The translations under genes were made by a program, and so were the position numbers. A stretch of DNA of 64,000 nucleotides from Methanobacteriota archaeon (GTDB lineage Archaea; Methanobacteriota; Methanobacteria; Methanobacteriales; Methanobacteriaceae): positions 288,001-352,000 of the forward strand of contig CAWBCJ010000025.1 in the NCBI GenBank assembly GCA_963787255.1, written 5' to 3'. Of the stretch, positions 43,354 to 56,055 are shown in pieces (position 1 is the stretch's first letter; each line of letters opens with the position of its first letter). The notes under the pieces are model-generated. The model worked only from the letters and a program-made list of their open reading frames with translations, searched no databases and had not been told where the DNA came from.

Positions 43354-45258
43354 TCATTCTTCAAGCGTTGATATATCTCCTACGTCTTCTCCTCTTTCTT
43401 TTGCCCTTAAAATTCTTCTCATAATTTTTCCACTCCGTGTTTTTGGAAGTGAATCAACCTGAGTAATTTGGCCTAAAACTGCAACCGGCCCTAATTCATA
43501 TCTCACGTGCTTTTGAAGCTCTTCTATCAGTTGCGTATTAAGCTTATATCCTTCCCGTAAAATTACAAATGCTTTTATAACCTCTCCCTTAATTGGATCT
43601 GATTTTCCAATTACTGCTGCTTCTGCAACAGCTGGATGACTTACGAATGCAGATTCAACTTCAGATGTTCCTATTCTATGTCCTGCTATTTTCAAGACGT
43701 CGTCTGATCTTCCCTGTATCCAGAAATAGCCATCCTTGTCCTTTCGGGCTATATCTCCTGCCGCATAAATACATCCGGGTATTTCTTTCCAATATGCATT
43801 GACATATCTCTCTTCATCTTTGTAGAGAGTCCTGAACATTGAAGGCCACGGCTTTTTAATCACTAAAAGACCACCTTTTCCAAGGGGAACTGGATTTCCT
43901 TCATTATCTACAACATCAGCATCTATTCCCGGTAGTGGCTTTGTTGCTGAGCCTGGTTTTAGTGGAGAAACTGGTAAAGGCGAAATCATGTGCATTCCTG
44001 TTTCAGTTTGCCACCAAGTATCCATTATAGGGCACTGCTCTTTTCCCACATTTTTGTAGAACCACATCCATGCCTCTGGATTTATAGGTTCACCAACTGT
44101 TCCAAGGATTTTTAAGGATGAAAGATTATAAATATTTGGATATTTATTTCCGAACCTCATAAGGTGTCTTATTGCAGTTGGAGCAGTATAAAGCTTGGTT
44201 ACTCCATATTTTTCTACAATTTTCCACCAGATTCCGGGATCAGGGTAGTCTGGTGCGCCCTCATATAAAAGGGTTGTTGTTCCTAGAAGCAGGGGTCCAT
44301 AGATAACATAACTATGGCCTGTTATCCATCCGATATCTCCAGTACACCACCATAGATCTCCTTTATGTATATTAAACACGTTTTTAAGTGTTGTTGCCAC
44401 CCCTACCATATATCCTGCTGTTGTATGTAAAACACCTTTTGGTTTTCCCGTACTTCCAGAAGTGTATAACAGGAATAGAGTATCTTCAGCATCCATTTCT
44501 TCTGCTTCACATTCAGCTGGTTCTCCTTCAATTAGTGTTTCATAGAAAATTTCTCTTCCACTTAAATCAGAAATCTCTATTGGGATTCCGGTGTGTTTAA
44601 CCACAATTACTGTTTCTACTGTTGGACACTGCAACATTGCCTCGTCTGAAATTCTCTTTAAATCTATTACTTTCCCTCTTCTAAATGTTCCATCAGCAGT
44701 TATCAGTATTTTGGCGTCTGCATCGTTTATTCTTTCTACAAAGGATCCTACACTTAATCCTGAATAAACAACTGAGTGTATTGCTCCTATTTTTGTACAT
44801 GCAAGTAATGAAATAATTAGTTCAGGACACATTGGAAGATAGGTTGAGACTTTATCTCCTTTTTTAACTCCTAAATTCTTCAATGCATTGGCAAATTTGT
44901 TTACTTCCCTGTATAACTCATAGTAAGTTAATTTTTTCTCATGCCCTCTTTCGTTGACGTACAAAATTGCCACTTGGTTTCTCTTGTCAGTTTCTATCCA
45001 TCTATCTACAGCATTGTAAGCTAAATTAATCTTACCTCCAGTAAACCATTTAAAAAACGGTTCATTGCTGTCATCAAGTATCTTATCTGGTTTTTTAAAC
45101 CATACAAACTGTTCGGCTTTTTCGCCCCAATATTTTTCTATATCCTTTCCTTTTTCAAGTTCTTCGTCCCAATTTTTCACAATAGCTTTTCTAACCATTG
45201 TTTCATTCGGTTTGAATATCCTTTTTTCATTAAGCAGGACATCTGTGTCATGTACCAT
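43354..45258 (-). CDS. acs: AMP-forming acetyl-CoA synthetase
   Basis: [20 protein letters not shown] and [11 protein letters not shown] motifs. Confidence 0.95.
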   Translation of the reverse strand: MVHDTDVLLNEKRIFKPNETMVRKAIVKNWDEELEKGKDIEKYWGEKAEQFVWFKKPDKILDDSNEPFFKWFTGGKINLAYNAVDRWIETDKRNQVAILYVNERGHEKKLTYYELYREVNKFANALKNLGVKKGDKVSTYLPMCPELIISLLACTKIGAIHSVVYSGLSVGSFVERINDADAKILITADGTFRRGKVIDLKRISDEAMLQCPTVETVIVVKHTGIPIEISDLSGREIFYETLIEGEPAECEAEEMDAEDTLFLLYTSGSTGKPKGVLHTTAGYMVGVATTLKNVFNIHKGDLWWCTGDIGWITGHSYVIYGPLLLGTTTLLYEGAPDYPDPGIWWKIVEKYGVTKLYTAPTAIRHLMRFGNKYPNIYNLSSLKILGTVGEPINPEAWMWFYKNVGKEQCPIMDTWWQTETGMHMISPLPVSPLKPGSATKPLPGIDADVVDNEGNPVPLGKGGLLVIKKPWPSMFRTLYKDEERYVNAYWKEIPGCIYAAGDIARKDKDGYFWIQGRSDDVLKIAGHRIGTSEVESAFVSHPAVAEAAVIGKSDPIKGEVIKAFVILREGYKLNTQLIEELQKHVRYELGPVAVLGQITQVDSLPKTRSGKIMRRILRAKERGEDVGDISTLEE

Positions 45259-45465
45259 TTTTCTCCCGCCATTTTTAGTTTTTTTAATCAAATACGTTAT
45301 TTTCTAAGTTCTTTTTACTATTTATATTTTACTATTATTAATCATTATAAATATTGATTAATCATGATAAATTAAAAAAAAATGCTATTTATCCCTCAAT
45401 CGATTTAAAAAAAATAAAGCTTATAATATTTAAATTAAAAAAACAACAAAATAATCTCTTTAAAA

Positions 45466-45978
45466 CTATCTCTTTTTTAATATTTTATCCATAGATGTCC
45501 TGATCGAACCTACCCATGGTTTTAAAACTTCCTTAGAACTAACTTTATCCTCATTTTCTTCTTTAGAATCATTCTTAGCATAATTTTGATTCACCAAGAA
45601 ATCCTGAAACCAATCAGCCAATTCATAATCATGAAGATCTTCAAAAAATACCCATGCATAACCTTCATGTTCGCTGCTAAGATTTAATTCACCTTCAATT
45701 ATCTTACCAGACATTATAATATGAACGGCCCGTATTAAAGGTAAACTCTGTTCAGAAATTCCAATAACATGATTAAGAGTGATTTTTAGACTTGTTTCCT
45801 CATAAACTTCTCTTATAAGTGCCTGATCAAATGACTCTCCCTGATCTACCTTTCCTCCAGGAAGTTCCCATTTTCCCGAGTTAGTTTTAGAATTTGTAGA
45901 TCTTTTAAGAATTAGGATTTTATCATTATTATCTTGTAAAAGAACTCTTACTGCAAGGCCAAAAACATATTCTATCAT
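45466..45978 (-). CDS. NUDIX hydrolase
   Basis: [23 protein letters not shown] Nudix box. Confidence 0.92.
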   Translation of the reverse strand: MIEYVFGLAVRVLLQDNNDKILILKRSTNSKTNSGKWELPGGKVDQGESFDQALIREVYEETSLKITLNHVIGISEQSLPLIRAVHIIMSGKIIEGELNLSSEHEGYAWVFFEDLHDYELADWFQDFLVNQNYAKNDSKEENEDKVSSKEVLKPWVGSIRTSMDKILKKR

Positions 45979-46155
45979 TCTTTTCGTATCCTATTTTTAA
46001 TATTTTGTATTATTTTAGATTTAAATATAATTATGTTCATAGAATCTTAAAAAAAAGAGAATTAAAAGTATTTGATTAAATAAATTTTTTAATTAACAAT
46101 AAAAGCTAAAATTAATCTCCAAAAATAAAAAAAGTTAAAGGTATTTACCTTTAAA

Positions 46156-47790
46156 TTACATCATTGGAGGCATTCCACCAGGCATACCGCCCATACCTTC
46201 CATACCTTCCGGACCGCCACCACTTACACCTTTAGTTGCGATCACGTCATCAATACGGAGGATCATTTCTGCAGCTTCTGCAGCGGATTGAATAGCCTGT
46301 TTTTTAACTCTCATAGGTTCAATAACACCTGCATGGTACATGTCCACGACATCTCCCTGGAAAACGTCCAATCCCATGTAAAAGGATTTTTCGTGTGCTG
46401 CTCTTAAATCTACAAGAGCGTCGATGCTATCTAATCCTGCATTTTCAGCGAGTGTTTTTGGAACAACTTCTAAAGCTTCTGCAAATGCTACAATAGCTAA
46501 TTGTTCTCTGCCACTTATGGAGTCTGCATATTCTTTTAATCCTTTGGATATTGCGATTTCAGGTGCTCCTCCGCCAGCTACAACATTTTTATCTTCTACT
46601 GTTGCTGCAACAACACCGATAGCGTCTTCAACTGCCCTTTCTATTTCTTCAGCAACATGTTTTGTGCTACCTCTTAAAATGATTGAAACAGCTTTTGGGT
46701 CTTTAGAGTCTTCAACGAAGGTTAATATTTCGTCAAATATTTTCTTTTCGTAAACAAGACCTGCTTCACCTAAATCTTCTGGTTTAAGGTCGTCAATATT
46801 GGTAACAACTTTAGCGCCGGTAGCTTTTTCTATTCTACTCATATCAGATTTTTTAACTCTTTTAATAGCATAAATACCGCTTCTTGTTAAATAGTGCTGT
46901 GCAAGGTCGTCGATACCTTTTTGACAGAATAAAACATTTGCTCCTGATTCAATGATCTTGTCAACCATGTCTTTGAGCATTTGTTCTTCATTTTCAATGA
47001 AAGCTTGCATCTGTGTTGGATCAGTTAAACTGATTTTAGCGTCAGTTTCAAGGTCTTTAATTTCAATTGGATATTTAACTAGAGCAATTTTTGCATCTTC
47101 TATTTGTTTAGGCATTCCGGGATCTGTTCTACCTTTGTCTACTACGACACCATTTACTATCTGTGATTCGTCTACAGATTCCCCAGCAATTCTCTGGATG
47201 TTTATGTTATCTTTATCCACTTCACCGTCTTCTTCAACTTGCATTACTGCGTCTACAACAAGCTCTGCAAGAGGTTCTCTTGCTTTTTCAGAGCCTTTAC
47301 CTGTCATTGCAGTCATTGCAACTTTTAAAAGAGTATCACGGTCGTCTGCTTCAAATGAAATTAAATTAAGTATTTCTTGAGCTTTTTCTGCTGCTTGTCT
47401 GTAACCCATAGCCACAATACTTGCATGAATATCCATATCAAGGAGATTTTCAGCTTTTTTGAGTAATTCTCCAGCTATAATAACTGCTGTTGTTGTTCCA
47501 TCCCCTACTTCATCTTCCTGGGTTTTTGCAACTTCAACAAGCATTTTTGCTGCTGGATGTTCAATATCCATTTCTTTTAGGATTGTTACTCCATCGTTTG
47601 TAACTACAATGTCGCCTAATCCATCTACGAGCATTTTATCCATTCCCTTTGGGCCAAGGGTTGTTCTTATTGTTTCTGCAAGGATTTTCCCTGCCATCAT
47701 GTTCATTCTTTGAGCGTCTCTTCCTAATAATCTATCAGTACCTTCTGGAAATATTAAAATTGGTTGGTTTCCACCACCTAATTGTGCCAC
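46156..47790 (-). CDS. ths: Thermosome (group II chaperonin) subunit
   Basis: LGPKGMDKM and GDGTTT motifs; GGM tail; alpha versus beta not resolved. Confidence 0.96.
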   Translation of the reverse strand: MAQLGGGNQPILIFPEGTDRLLGRDAQRMNMMAGKILAETIRTTLGPKGMDKMLVDGLGDIVVTNDGVTILKEMDIEHPAAKMLVEVAKTQEDEVGDGTTTAVIIAGELLKKAENLLDMDIHASIVAMGYRQAAEKAQEILNLISFEADDRDTLLKVAMTAMTGKGSEKAREPLAELVVDAVMQVEEDGEVDKDNINIQRIAGESVDESQIVNGVVVDKGRTDPGMPKQIEDAKIALVKYPIEIKDLETDAKISLTDPTQMQAFIENEEQMLKDMVDKIIESGANVLFCQKGIDDLAQHYLTRSGIYAIKRVKKSDMSRIEKATGAKVVTNIDDLKPEDLGEAGLVYEKKIFDEILTFVEDSKDPKAVSIILRGSTKHVAEEIERAVEDAIGVVAATVEDKNVVAGGGAPEIAISKGLKEYADSISGREQLAIVAFAEALEVVPKTLAENAGLDSIDALVDLRAAHEKSFYMGLDVFQGDVVDMYHAGVIEPMRVKKQAIQSAAEAAEMILRIDDVIATKGVSGGGPEGMEGMGGMPGGMPPMM

Positions 47791-48045
47791 ATTATCACCT
47801 CTATTTTTCTTATGTACTTTATCAGTGGGTTAGAGGTTATATAAATAATTTTCGTATTAAGAATTATGAAATGAGGTTTCTATTTAAGATTTAATTGACC
47901 ATATTAACATTTAAGATAAAAATAAGAAAATAAATCTATTTTTAAAACTTATAGATACTGAATAAAAAGATATTTTTAAATAATAACCATATAAACAATT
48001 GATGCAATTAACTCATAAAAAATGATAATTAAACTATAACTCTTT

Positions 48046-48579
48046 TTAATCTTCCTTAATTTCATATTCAAATTCGAAAATTGATTCTCCACTAACTTCA
48101 TTTTCTAATAGATGCTCCATTTCATGAGAAACCCCATAAGCACTGGAACCAGTAAACTCAAATGGACCTATGACTTTTTCAAGGATGATTTTTTTGGTCA
48201 TGGGATTTAAAGAAGCTTTTAATATATATTCTGAATCTATCGTTACTTTAAAAGGTCTTCTTACAATTTCCCTCTCTTTTTTATTTCCACATTTTTCAAG
48301 TCGATATACAATTCCATCCTGGCCTAAAAGAACAGGGTTGTAAAATAAGAACATTATCTCCATTGTATATCCAACTTTTTTTTCATCATCAAAGCGAGTG
48401 ATTTTTTCTTTAATAGCCATGACATTAGTTGAATCAAATTTAAGACTCCAATCTCCCCCAAACTTAATTGAAAAAATAAGGGGTAAAAATATGTCGTGAG
48501 GTGCACCAAGGCGTTCAATTACGTTTTTTTCCTTTAGACTGAATGATAAATGCTTCTTTAATTCATCAAGTTCCTTTAT
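48046..48579 (-). CDS. Peptide-deformylase-like metalloprotein, probable ATA start
   Basis: YNP, LEKCG, RRP and HEMEHL motifs; frame open to an ATA 4 nt after GGAGGTGA. Confidence 0.7.
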   Translation of the reverse strand: MKELDELKKHLSFSLKEKNVIERLGAPHDIFLPLIFSIKFGGDWSLKFDSTNVMAIKEKITRFDDEKKVGYTMEIMFLFYNPVLLGQDGIVYRLEKCGNKKEREIVRRPFKVTIDSEYILKASLNPMTKKIILEKVIGPFEFTGSSAYGVSHEMEHLLENEVSGESIFEFEYEIKED

Positions 48580-48876
48580 CTCATCACCTCCTGAAAAAAT
48601 ATATCATTGAACTATCTAATTAATAAAACTTTAAAAAGTAATCATCATTACCAGATCATAGTATAAATTAAGGGGAACAAATTTTAGCGTTGGCTTTTTA
48701 AAGTTATGTTGAAATTATTTATTTTATATTGAATGTGACATTAAAAATTTTAATTATTATAACGCAATCTAAATCAAGGCGAAAGTCATATATTAATTAT
48801 AGTATAATTTATGTTTAAAACAAATTAAATTATTGTATTAAATTGATTTTAGCTTATTTACTTGAGGATGACAATC

Positions 48877-50541
48877 ATGCCAGTTATAACATTTGATTAT
48901 GAGGATCTCTATGAGGTACTGGGAAGAAAAATTGATAAGGATGAATTAATAAAGCTTCTTCCTATGATTGGGAGCGATATTGACGATTACGATGATAAAC
49001 AGATTAAGGTAGAGTTTTTCCCTAACAGGCCAGACTATTTGAGTGTGGAAGGAGTTGCAAGAACCCTTAAAGGCTTTTTAGATATAGAAAAAGGGCTTCC
49101 TGAATACGAAGTAAAAAAATCGGGGATAAATATTGAAGTTGATCCCGAATTAAAAAATATAAGGCCCTATATTTCATTTGGAATTGTTGAAAATGTAGAT
49201 TTAAGCGGTAATAAGCTGAAGCAAATAATGGATTTTCAAGAAGACCTCCATTGGGTTATTGGAAGAGATCGAAAGAAGGTAGCAATTGGAATTCATAATT
49301 TAGATGTTATAGAACCTCCATTTTTTTATAAAGCTGCAGATCCTGATGAAAATTCTTTTGTAGCCCTTGAAACTGAAGATGAAATGAGTTTAAGGGAAAT
49401 ATTGGAGAATCATAAGAAAGGAGCGAAATACGCCCATTTAATTGAAAAATTCGATAAATATCCACTTATCGTAGATTCTAATGGTAATGTACTTTCAATG
49501 CCTCCAATAATTAACGGAGAACTAACTAAACTTACAGAAAATACAAAAAATCTCCTTATTGATGTAACCGGAACTGATGAAAAAGCAGTTAATTATGCTC
49601 TTAATATTATCATGACTTCATTTGCAGAAGTAGGTGGCAAATTAAAATCATTAAATGTTGTTTATGCTAACCGAAATGTAGAAACGCCTAATTTAATGCC
49701 AAAAAAGAAGGAAGTCAAGGTTAAAAATGCTGAAAAAATAATTGGAGTAGATTTAACCGCCCGTGATATAGCCAATTACTTGTCTAATGTTAGAATAGGG
49801 GCTGAAATTGAAGCTGATGACACGGTTCATGCGATTATTCCTGCTTATAGGGTTGATATTCTTCACGAAGTTGATATTATCGAAAATATAGCTGTTGGGT
49901 ATTGTTTTAAAAAATTAGAGCCACAATTACCCCAAATTGCTACAATTGCCTCTGAAGATAAGGATGAGATATTTGATAATCTTTTAAGGGAAATTTTAAC
50001 GGGAATGGGCTTTTTAGAGACAATGAGTCTCATGTTAACCAGTGAAAAAGAACATTATAAAAACATGAAACTTCAAGAAGATCCAAGAGTAATTGTAGCT
50101 CAACCAATTTCTGTAGACAGAACGATGCTTAGAAAAAATCTTTTACAAGGTTTAATGGAGTTTTTAGAAGATAATAAGCACGAAGAATTACCTCAGAAAA
50201 TTTTTGAAGTTGGTAGTGTTGTTTATTTGGATAATGCATGCGAAACATGTACAAGAGATGTTAAAAAGATTGCAGGGGCTGTAACTCACTCTACAGCTAA
50301 TTTCACAGAAATAAAGTCCATTGTGGATTCATTATTCGTAAATATTGGTCTTAAAATGGAAATAGAACCTTATCATCACCCTTCATTTATTAAAGGTAGA
50401 TGTGCAATGGTAAAAGCAGTTAATAACTGGAAATCAGAGGATTTAAATGTTACTGGGTACTTTGGGGAATTAAGTCCAGAAGTTATAACTAATTTTGAAC
50501 TGGAATATCCAGTTATTGCTTTTGAACTTGAATTTAACTAA
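48877..50541 (+). CDS. pheT: Phenylalanyl-tRNA synthetase beta subunit
   Basis: [28 protein letters not shown] and [10 protein letters not shown] motifs. Confidence 0.96.
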   Translation: MPVITFDYEDLYEVLGRKIDKDELIKLLPMIGSDIDDYDDKQIKVEFFPNRPDYLSVEGVARTLKGFLDIEKGLPEYEVKKSGINIEVDPELKNIRPYISFGIVENVDLSGNKLKQIMDFQEDLHWVIGRDRKKVAIGIHNLDVIEPPFFYKAADPDENSFVALETEDEMSLREILENHKKGAKYAHLIEKFDKYPLIVDSNGNVLSMPPIINGELTKLTENTKNLLIDVTGTDEKAVNYALNIIMTSFAEVGGKLKSLNVVYANRNVETPNLMPKKKEVKVKNAEKIIGVDLTARDIANYLSNVRIGAEIEADDTVHAIIPAYRVDILHEVDIIENIAVGYCFKKLEPQLPQIATIASEDKDEIFDNLLREILTGMGFLETMSLMLTSEKEHYKNMKLQEDPRVIVAQPISVDRTMLRKNLLQGLMEFLEDNKHEELPQKIFEVGSVVYLDNACETCTRDVKKIAGAVTHSTANFTEIKSIVDSLFVNIGLKMEIEPYHHPSFIKGRCAMVKAVNNWKSEDLNVTGYFGELSPEVITNFELEYPVIAFELEFN

Positions 50542-50570
50542 AAAAAAATATTCATTTATTTTTTTTCTTT

Positions 50571-50981
50571 TTATTTTCCCATTATTGTTACTATGAATTT
50601 TCTATTTCTTGGACCGTCTAGTTCTACAAAAAACACGCTCTGCCATGTTCCTAAACTTAACGAATTATCAGAAAATGGAATTGTTTCACTGCTTCCAATA
50701 AAAAAAGCTCTTATGTGAGAATCAGCATTATTATCTATTTTGTCGTGACCATAATTATCATTTTCAGGTATTAGTTTTTCCAGTGAATTTTGAAAATCTT
50801 TGATCAATCTTGTTTCATTTTCATTAACTACGATTCCTGCTGTTGAATGAACTGCAAATATATTAATTATACCCTCATTTATTTTGCATCCAGACAGGAT
50901 ATCATTAATATCATTGGTTATATCTATTATTTCAACCCTCTTAGATGATCCCTTTTTTAATTGATATTTCATTATCTCCAT
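50571..50981 (-). CDS. YjbQ-family protein (second paralog)
   Basis: HSTA, NADSHIR and LGTWQSVFFVELDGPR motifs. Confidence 0.92.
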   Translation of the reverse strand: MEIMKYQLKKGSSKRVEIIDITNDINDILSGCKINEGIINIFAVHSTAGIVVNENETRLIKDFQNSLEKLIPENDNYGHDKIDNNADSHIRAFFIGSSETIPFSDNSLSLGTWQSVFFVELDGPRNRKFIVTIMGK

Positions 50982-51071
50982 GCTTACACCTATTATTCAT
51001 ATTATATGTTAACTTCAATTTATTATTTTTTTAGATAATACTAAAAATAAAAAGATGCATAATATATATGT

Positions 51072-51855
51072 ATGGAATCTTTAAATGAAAAATCAATGCT
51101 GGTACCTTCTGCGTATAAACTAGAAATTGAAATAATAAACAAGTTTGCAGGTGGTGACGTTTCAAAAAACCCAGATATTATGAAACATCTTCCTAAAACA
51201 CCCATTACTAATCAATTATTGATTGCTGCAAAAAAGGGAACTCCAATAGTCCGTTTTGGAAGAAAAAATACTCCAGGAATATTAGTTTTAGCAGGAGTTC
51301 ATGGCAATGAGTATCCCCCACAAATAGCGGCTGTTAAACTTATAAATAAATTAGCTGTAAAAGATCTTTATGTAACTGTACATGTAATCCCCTTTGCAAT
51401 ACCGTTTTCTACAGAAAAAAGTCTGAGATCCTGGAAGGGCCAGGATCCTAACAGATCCGCAAATATATTCGGATCACCTACCAATAATATATTATTAAAT
51501 TCCAAAAAAGACAACATTAAATATTTAGGTGATTTTCATTCAACAAGACCTGGAGGATATCCTGGAAGACTGAGCATTTTATGTTCAGAAATTCCATGCC
51601 TTTTAAGCTTCCAGATGGCCGATTTCATAGAACAAGAAACAAAATCAACTCTTATTATCTTTTACAAAAGCGGGATCAATCTATCCCGGTGCTTTAGAAG
51701 ATGTTTTCAATCTAGCGGGAATTCCAGCAGTAACCGGGGAAGCAATGTCTCCACATGGAACTGTAATTCATGGAAGTGTTGAGGCATCACTAGAACAAAT
51801 GGAAGCATTTTTAAAATTTCATAAAGTTATAAAAACTAAACCTAACATTACTTAA
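51072..51855 (+). CDS. Succinylglutamate desuccinylase/aspartoacylase (M14) family protein; +1 frameshift near 51661
   Basis: GVHGNE, DPNR and DFH motifs; corrected frame continues YPGALEDVFNLAGIPAVTGE to stop 51855. Confidence 0.85.
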
Positions 51856-51882
51856 TACAATATTATATTCTTTTTCTTAAAT

Positions 51883-53577
51883 TTAACCAAATATCTGATA
51901 AAAAGAACTTCTAATGTATTTTACTATAATATCAAATGGCTCGTTAGACCTATTAATGAAAATATATTTGGGAAAGGTCATGTTCTGCCGGCTGGTATGG
52001 TCGTAAGTTAACCTTGCAAATAAATATTCTAAATCTGGCTTTCTTAAGGTCTTACCCTCAACTTTAATGGATTTAGGCACGGTTTTATTAGATTCCATGT
52101 ATTCAGATACAGTTTTTCCTGTGGTTCTATATTCATCAATTGTTAAAACGCCGAAGTAGGTACTATCTCCAGATAAATTGCTTTTTGAAAATTTTTCATC
52201 ATTGTTTTTTATAGGATAGCCACTCACATACTGGGAAGCTAAATACATCCACTTGGAATATCCCATTTCAGGATTTTTATCGTTTAAAACACTTTGAGAT
52301 GCGTAAGCAACATTTTCAGGATCTATTTGATGAGTACCTATTAATCCAGAATTATAATTAGAATTCAACTGATTTTTATTGGATGAATATGCTGCATCAA
52401 TGAGTCCAGCAGCTATTTTATCAGTTTCCGCTTGTTGTGATGATGTTCCAATGTTAGGCTGGATTAGACCTATTCCAGCATCCTCCAAAAATAATGCTGG
52501 ACTGTATAAACCTGCAAAAAGCGGGTTTGAATAGTTATCATCGTATGATCGGGGCATATAACTTGTATTTTCTAAATTAACATTACCATAGTTTATAAAA
52601 ACAATGTCATTTAATTTTTGAGCATCTGCTTTAAGATAACCTTTTTTAATGCCGTTTACTAAATCAGCCATTGAACCTGGATCTGCAGCTGCAATATAAG
52701 CTGCTATTCCTCCCGGTGCATTCTTAACAGTTCTAGGTGCTTCCCCAGGTTTAGGTGAGTTTTCATCAATAATCACATTAGCAGAACCAGAGATTGCCTT
52801 TTTTATGTTATTAAGCATTTCTTTATCAGTACTTTCAGAAATGAAGTTATCGCTGGTTATGTAAATAACTGGAAGATTTTTAGTGGCATAGCTGTTCATT
52901 ACAATGCTTGTAATAATGTCATTTGAAGACCATAAAGTTGTTTTATCATTAATTGTAACCTTATCTCCTACTTCAAATGCTGCATTTTTCCACAAGGTCA
53001 TTGCAACGGGCATAAGATATAATGGAGCTTTAATTTTTTGATTACTACCACCTGCAGCACTAATAGTGCTTGCATCATCACCTTTCCAGAATCTCTCTTT
53101 TTGAATGTTAGGATATATATTAAGTGTAGAATCAGGTATGGATGAGGGGGACGCGCATATTATGATCTTTTTTGGGTTTAACCTCTGAATTTCATTGTTT
53201 ACGGCATCTGGAACAGTATTTGATATTACAAGTAGTGGTGCATTATTTTTTATTGCAATCAGTGCTGCTGCTCTGTCTTGGCCGGTTCCTACTACTACAA
53301 CATCGCTTTTTGTCCAGTATTTAGAAAGACTTGCAGAATCTGCAGGTACTTTTTCCCCATTTAATGAAATATCTCCCACAATGATGGTGTCCATACCATT
53401 AACATAATTTAAAACTGCTTGATTGGGATTTTTATCAGAGAAAATAAGTTGATTATTTGTATAGGATGCTGCTGGCGCTGTAATTATACCATTTGATGGA
53501 TCGCTAACAAATACATTAGCAGATACTGGGGAAATGAGAATAAACAGTATTAAAAGTAATATCACAGCTTTATTCAT
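51883..53577 (-). CDS. Secreted cell-envelope protein with CW_binding_2-like repeat and C-terminal pseudomurein-binding-like repeat
   Basis: Signal peptide; APLLV...VPDAV.NEIQRLNPKKIII; EY......V.EYMESNKTVP. Confidence 0.7.
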   Translation of the reverse strand: MNKAVILLLILFILISPVSANVFVSDPSNGIITAPAASYTNNQLIFSDKNPNQAVLNYVNGMDTIIVGDISLNGEKVPADSASLSKYWTKSDVVVVGTGQDRAAALIAIKNNAPLLVISNTVPDAVNNEIQRLNPKKIIICASPSSIPDSTLNIYPNIQKERFWKGDDASTISAAGGSNQKIKAPLYLMPVAMTLWKNAAFEVGDKVTINDKTTLWSSNDIITSIVMNSYATKNLPVIYITSDNFISESTDKEMLNNIKKAISGSANVIIDENSPKPGEAPRTVKNAPGGIAAYIAAADPGSMADLVNGIKKGYLKADAQKLNDIVFINYGNVNLENTSYMPRSYDDNYSNPLFAGLYSPALFLEDAGIGLIQPNIGTSSQQAETDKIAAGLIDAAYSSNKNQLNSNYNSGLIGTHQIDPENVAYASQSVLNDKNPEMGYSKWMYLASQYVSGYPIKNNDEKFSKSNLSGDSTYFGVLTIDEYRTTGKTVSEYMESNKTVPKSIKVEGKTLRKPDLEYLFARLTYDHTSRQNMTFPKYIFINRSNEPFDIIVKYIRSSFYQIFG

Positions 53578-53609
53578 AAAAAATCTCCTGTAAAAAAAAT
53601 AGAATACGG

Positions 53610-54074
53610 TTAAAGTTGGGCTTCAATTTCGCTTTGTTCCATGATTCTTTCGCAGTAATAGCATCTTAAACTCACCGGTTTTTTTGCTATGACGTAAAAT
53701 TTTGTTTTCACTGGTTCATCAGTATTGGTAATGCAATTGGGGTTGGTGCATTCTAAAATATCGCTTATTTCTTCTAAAAGATGAACTTTACCTTTTTCTG
53801 CAATGTCGTAGTCTCTGATAATGTTAATTGTTGCTGAAGGCGCGATAAGTGCTATTTTATCTACTTCGTTAGGTTCAAGTTCACGGCCTTCTATCTTAAC
53901 TATGTCTTTGCTTCCCATCTGGGATGATAAAACATTCATTGCAATGGTTACTGTCCTTTTTTCGTTAGGTAAATCCAGAATTCTAAGAACACTTAAAGCT
54001 TTGTTTGCAGTTATATGATCTATTACTGTACCATTTTTAATTGATTTAACCTTAAGTTTTTTTGGTGTCTTCAT
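53610..54074 (-). CDS. pyrI: Aspartate carbamoyltransferase regulatory subunit
   Basis: [25 protein letters not shown] and CYYCE motifs. Confidence 0.96.
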   Translation of the reverse strand: MKTPKKLKVKSIKNGTVIDHITANKALSVLRILDLPNEKRTVTIAMNVLSSQMGSKDIVKIEGRELEPNEVDKIALIAPSATINIIRDYDIAEKGKVHLLEEISDILECTNPNCITNTDEPVKTKFYVIAKKPVSLRCYYCERIMEQSEIEAQL

Positions 54075-54234
54075 TTTTTACCTGCATATAATTATTTGTT
54101 TTAATAAATCTTAATATCTTATAAAAGAATAGTAAAAACTTCTTTATAAAATTTCGTTTTAAGAATATTTTTAACCAAATATAAATCTATCTTATAAACT
54201 AATTAATCTAAAAAGAAAATGAAATTATAAAGGA

Positions 54235-54676
54235 TTATTTTTCTAAAGTAGATTTCCAGAACTTCTGAATATCCTTTGGCAGGTTGGCCCTAACCTGTTT
54301 TAGTTCACCGCCTCTTCCAAGCTTCTTTTCTAACATGGAAAAAACTGCAGAAGTTGCTTCCTCACTTTTTATTGGTTTATTTGATAGATTTTTCTTGTAC
54401 CTTAGCGAAGAATTCTTCTCTATTTTTTATTTTCTCTGGTTTTCCACTTGCACTGTATCCTTCATAGTACATTCCTTTCATAACCATTGGAAGCTCATCG
54501 GCAAGCTCTACGGCTTCTTCAACAGGTAATCTATCTCTTAATGTTTGAAGAACAGATCTGGTAGCAACATAAACCATATTTTCATCTTCCCATCCAAGTT
54601 CACCCTGTATATCATGCAACCATTCTTTTGTTTTTTGTGCTGATTTATCTAATGAAGAAAATCTTTGTTTTACCAT
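54235..54676 (-). CDS. DUF2267-family protein; +1 frameshift near 54383
   Basis: VLQTLRDRLPVEEA...LP...G.YYEG; corrected C-terminus ...ELKQVRANLPKDIQKFW. Confidence 0.85.
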
Positions 54677-54855
54677 AATTTTATCACTCCTTTTTATAAC
54701 CTTCTCAAATCTTTTTTTTATCATTATATTAATAATTCAAATATAATAAAATATTCTATTTTATTAATACAATAGAATAATCTAAATATCTAAATAATTT
54801 AAAAGTTACTAAAAAGTCCAAATATATCATATAGATTAAAAAAAATGGTGTTTAA

Positions 54856-55224
54856 ATGGATTCAAATGAATATAACGAAACATTAGAAGAATTTTCTCTT
54901 ATCTGCCCTGAATGTGGAGTTGGAAACCCTAAAAATACTGAAAATTGTATTATATGTGACAGGGACCTTACAAACATTATTATTTTTCTATTAGACGACC
55001 CTTATGATTTAGAAATAACTGAAGACTCTTTAATTGAATATAAAAAGAATTTTTGGGGCACTGAAAGAACAGGAAAAGTAACCATATATTATTTAAGCAA
55101 AATGAAGAAAATTGAATTTGGTTCACCAATAACAAGATTTATCTTCGAATACGAAGGAAAAAGAGTAGTTCTTCCACTTAGAGAAGAAAATATGGAAAAA
55201 ATAAAGTCAATTTTTAAAATTTGA
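54856..55224 (+). CDS. Zinc-ribbon-containing hypothetical protein
   Basis: CPECG..N......CIICD. Confidence 0.8.
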   Translation: MDSNEYNETLEEFSLICPECGVGNPKNTENCIICDRDLTNIIIFLLDDPYDLEITEDSLIEYKKNFWGTERTGKVTIYYLSKMKKIEFGSPITRFIFEYEGKRVVLPLREENMEKIKSIFKI

Positions 55225-55342
55225 TGATGCCATTTTATAATATGCAACTATTATTTTGCTTTTTAAATACTAGTACTAAATTATCTAGATTTACCAAAAA
55301 AAATCTATATTATGTAATGTAAAGGTCTAAAAAATAAATTAA

Positions 55343-55969
55343 TTATTCATTTTTCTTTAAAAGTAATTTAAGATCCAAAATCATAGCCCAAGCTTCCAGA
55401 TTTTGAGTAGCTAATTCTGGTGATGCAAGCTCCATAAACTTTTCTAAGCTTTCTATAGCCTCTTCATATCTTTCCATAAACTTTAGAACGGATCCTTTAC
55501 CTGCCCATGCCTTAGCATCATTTGGATTTAATTTTAAAGCATGGTTAAAAGATTCCAGTGCTTCATCGTATTTAGAAAGGCTGAATAAAGCAGTTCCCTT
55601 GTTATCCCAGGCATCAACATTCCCTGGTTCAATTTCAAGTCCTTTATTAAAACAGTTTATTGCTTCCTCAAATCTTTTAAGTGCAGCCAGTGAAACACCC
55701 ATATTTGACCAGGCCATAAAATTATCAGGTTTTAAATCCAGGGCAATTTCAAAACTCTCTATAGCATCATCAAATCTTCCCAGGGATGAAAGCGCTACAC
55801 CTCTATTATCCCAAATTCTAGAATCATCCGAATACAGTTCCAAGGCATTATCATAGCATATTAATGCTGATACATACTCTTTAAATTTTAAATGCTGATT
55901 TCCTTCTCTAATCCATGATTCATAATCATTTAATTGACCTATTTCTTTATTTTGATTCTCTTTCATCAT
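55343..55969 (-). CDS. TPR-repeat protein
   Basis: Repeated W.N.G..L..LG..EEA...F..AL.L.P. Confidence 0.92.
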   Translation of the reverse strand: MMKENQNKEIGQLNDYESWIREGNQHLKFKEYVSALICYDNALELYSDDSRIWDNRGVALSSLGRFDDAIESFEIALDLKPDNFMAWSNMGVSLAALKRFEEAINCFNKGLEIEPGNVDAWDNKGTALFSLSKYDEALESFNHALKLNPNDAKAWAGKGSVLKFMERYEEAIESLEKFMELASPELATQNLEAWAMILDLKLLLKKNE

Positions 55970-56055
55970 TATTTTTTAAGTTTTTCATTTAACTTATACT
56001 TTCAATTAAAATATTATCTAGAATGAAAATCAATTTAATAAATGGAGGTTTATCT

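Noticed and set aside
48758-48768. TATAACGCAAT, a half-site similar to the dif-like arm
   Set aside because: No partner arm at the proper spacing; lies in a housekeeping promoter region.
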